Shown here piece by piece: positions 61,953 to 64,000 of a DNA stretch of 64,000 bases; within the stretch, counting starts at the first letter, position 1; each line of letters starts with the position of its first letter. The stretch covers positions 1 to 64,000 of the forward strand of contig JAHLWZ010000815.1 in assembly GCA_020536535.1 (NCBI GenBank). Direction: 5' to 3'. Source of the stretch: Pelomyxa schiedti (Eukaryota; Protista; Evosea). The translations under genes and the position numbers were made by a program. Under the pieces are notes generated by a model that was given only the letters and a program-made list of their open reading frames with translations, did not search any database and had not been told where the DNA came from.

Positions 61953-63603
61953 TTAGCATTCATTGGGTTCCGTTTTTGTTGTGGGAGTGTTCTCTGTTTG
62001 TGGTGTGGAGCTCGATGAGGTTGTTGTATTTGTTGTATTGGAAATTGCCAATGGCACTGATTCTAGAGGAATTGGTGCATCAGTGGATGATTCTGCTTTT
62101 ATTGGTGTGTTTGTGGATGGCTCTAAAACTGTATGGACTGGTGGTGCCTGTTTCTTTCTTTGGGGAATAACGGCCTCCAGGGCCTCTGCCCATGTATGAC
62201 CATTACATTTGAGAGCCAGTATCTCAAAAACTGTTTGTTGGCTTAATTTATGTTGCATGTGGGGATACTGTTTTCTTACCGTGGTTGATGGTCAGGACTC
62301 GCCGGGAATTCTAAAATTCATTTAAAAGAGTAAAACTACATCAGTTACAGTACTATGGTGATATGTTCATCAATTGGAAGCCTTGCTGTACGCAGCCCAA
62401 GTTTGGTTGCTGCAGAATGAGTTATCCCTTTAAGCCTATTGTGGTCAACCAAAGCTCCTGAGATTTATGAGAGACAGGGGAGTCACAGATTGAATACCGA
62501 TAACAAAAATATCCTTGGGATCAATTTCATTTAAGCAAGTTGTTGACTCAGAAGTAAGGTACACAATGTGTGCAGATTCCTGTTTAAACAGCTCAATGTC
62601 CATAAAATAGCGTTTGTCTACTACAACATCCTAGTGACTATTGAGATGTGGAGAGTGCCCAAATGTACCTTCCACTGTGATAGACCAGCCACTTTGCTCC
62701 ACTGTGCTTCAAGCTTTCCCGTTGTACTTGTGAACCACAATTGAAAGCGTTTGGTCATTCTTTAAGTCGGGTTAATTTTTTAAAAAAGAAAAGTGGCTCA
62801 GACTTGTTGTTAATTCCGTAGCAGAGTCCTAGTTGGTTGACTGTTCCCCGAATTTCCTTTCTTGATTGAGTTTCAAATCAGCAAATACAGAAACTCTCAG
62901 GGGATAACCTTTTCTTGTGCTAGGTTTTCAAAGCTACCATCAAATATGATTGGGCCCATCAACGTGTAATCTGCATTCAATCTTCTCCTTTTGAAGAAAC
63001 CTGGCACTGTTGGATAAAAATAAAACCATGTTAGTTACATCATCAGTAGAAACGTCAATAAGGGATGATACAAGCCACAGTAGCTGTTTCCGCACCCGGC
63101 AAAGGAGCAGCAGAAGTTTCAGTTATAGGCTGTGGTGCACTGCAACTCGCACTTGTTGTGCTAGTGCTAGCGCTGTCACCAGTATTTTCTTGTTGTGCAA
63201 CTGGGTGTCGCTGCTGCTGCTGTTGCTGTTGCTGTTGCTGTTGTTGTTGCTCGTGATACAACTTCCTTTTCTCCTTTAGCTTCGCCTTGAATTTTGCGCG
63301 CTGCTCCCTTCTGTTCTCGGCAATACGAAGTTCCTTCATCTCCTTCTTTCGCCGTTTGCGTTCCGCTCGCTCCTCCGGCGTTCGTTTCGGCTTTTCGCCC
63401 TCCGCGCTTGTTGTTGTTGTTGTAGTCGTCGTCGTCGTCGTCGGCGAAGCCGATGAGGTTGCAGTTTCGCTCACGGCCACCGCTCCCGATGTCTCGCTAT
63501 CGCGTGGTTTTTGTGTCGTTGCCGAGGCCTCGTCGATCTTGGGTGGGTCTCCACTCCCCTCGCCGCGTGCGGCCTGAGCCGCTGCAGCACCATCCCCTGA
63601 CAT
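61953..63603 (-). CDS. TRM10: tRNA (guanine-9-N1) methyltransferase Trm10
   Basis: VYLTSES...IFVIG|[10 protein letters not shown]...TARLPI...VLTINH|VFEIL...[13 protein letters not shown]. Confidence 0.93.
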
Positions 63604-63793
63604 TTTCTAAGTTTTGTTTGTTGGTGAGAGAAGTAGCACGCCAGTCAGTACTCAATGTGGTATACAATTGGGGGCAAGGGCAAGGGGTCCTCTCCTGGGT
63701 CTGTGATGAGGACTGGAAGGGAGGTATTCAGGGGCCGAATTCTTCAGAAGACATCTAACAGTTTCATTGAACTGCGTTTTGATCGGTCGGGAG

Positions 63794-64000
63794 ATGGACA
63801 GTCACGGAATGTTGGACAAGGCGTGTGAGGACTTCTCAAAGTTCGTCGTGTTCAATGAGTTGTGGAGTGACCCATCCAGCCACTACGTCGTGCAACGTGA
63901 GGCAAATTTTGACAAAGTACGTAGCCCCAGGGAAAATCGTTACTTCTGCTTCCTTGTTATGAGAGACGTTTTTGGAGTGAAAGCTTTACCACCTAATTCT
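63794..64000 (+). CDS. 5' exon(s) of an unidentified gene, divergent from TRM10
   Basis: MDSHGMLDKACEDFSKFVVFNELWSD...NFDK is followed by a GTACGT donor. Confidence 0.4.
   Translation, partial: MDSHGMLDKACEDFSKFVVFNELWSDPSSHYVVQREANFDKVRSPRENRYFCFLVMRDVFGVKALPPNS

Noticed and set aside
1-64000. Alternative genetic code or stop-codon readthrough to explain fragmented ORFs
   Set aside because: Short GT-AG introns restore the frames, and TAA, TAG and TGA all terminate conserved genes.

Overview
Gene-dense, intron-rich eukaryotic genomic DNA in the standard code. It has many short (about 30-80 nt) GT-AG introns with weak donors. Gene content and style suggest an amoebozoan protist, possibly an archamoeba such as Pelomyxa (inference, not verified). 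About 25 spliced genes can be read. Housekeeping: RPL35, RPS3, TRM10, a CAMK kinase, a GH38 alpha-mannosidase, an MFS transporter, an FEX fluoride exporter and an FKBP15/WAFL homolog. Bacterial-type genes carrying introns: a penicillin acylase, a PHB-depolymerase-type esterase and YwaF. Mobile and repeat DNA: an intact intron-containing PIF/Harbinger-type DDE transposase, a decayed relative, two large foldback hairpins and a dispersed repeat. The main candidates for novelty are: (1) an in-frame fusion of VIT and a degenerate vWA domain to a complete eIF4G module (eIF4E-binding motif, MIF4G, MA3); (2) an inositol-themed four-domain protein with two Gfo/Idh/MocA-like domains, a pseudo-inositol-polyphosphate kinase and a histidine phosphatase; (3) an LRR gene built from uniform 84-nt one-repeat exons with homologous introns. 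All gene models are manual splice inferences, so exon boundaries are approximate.
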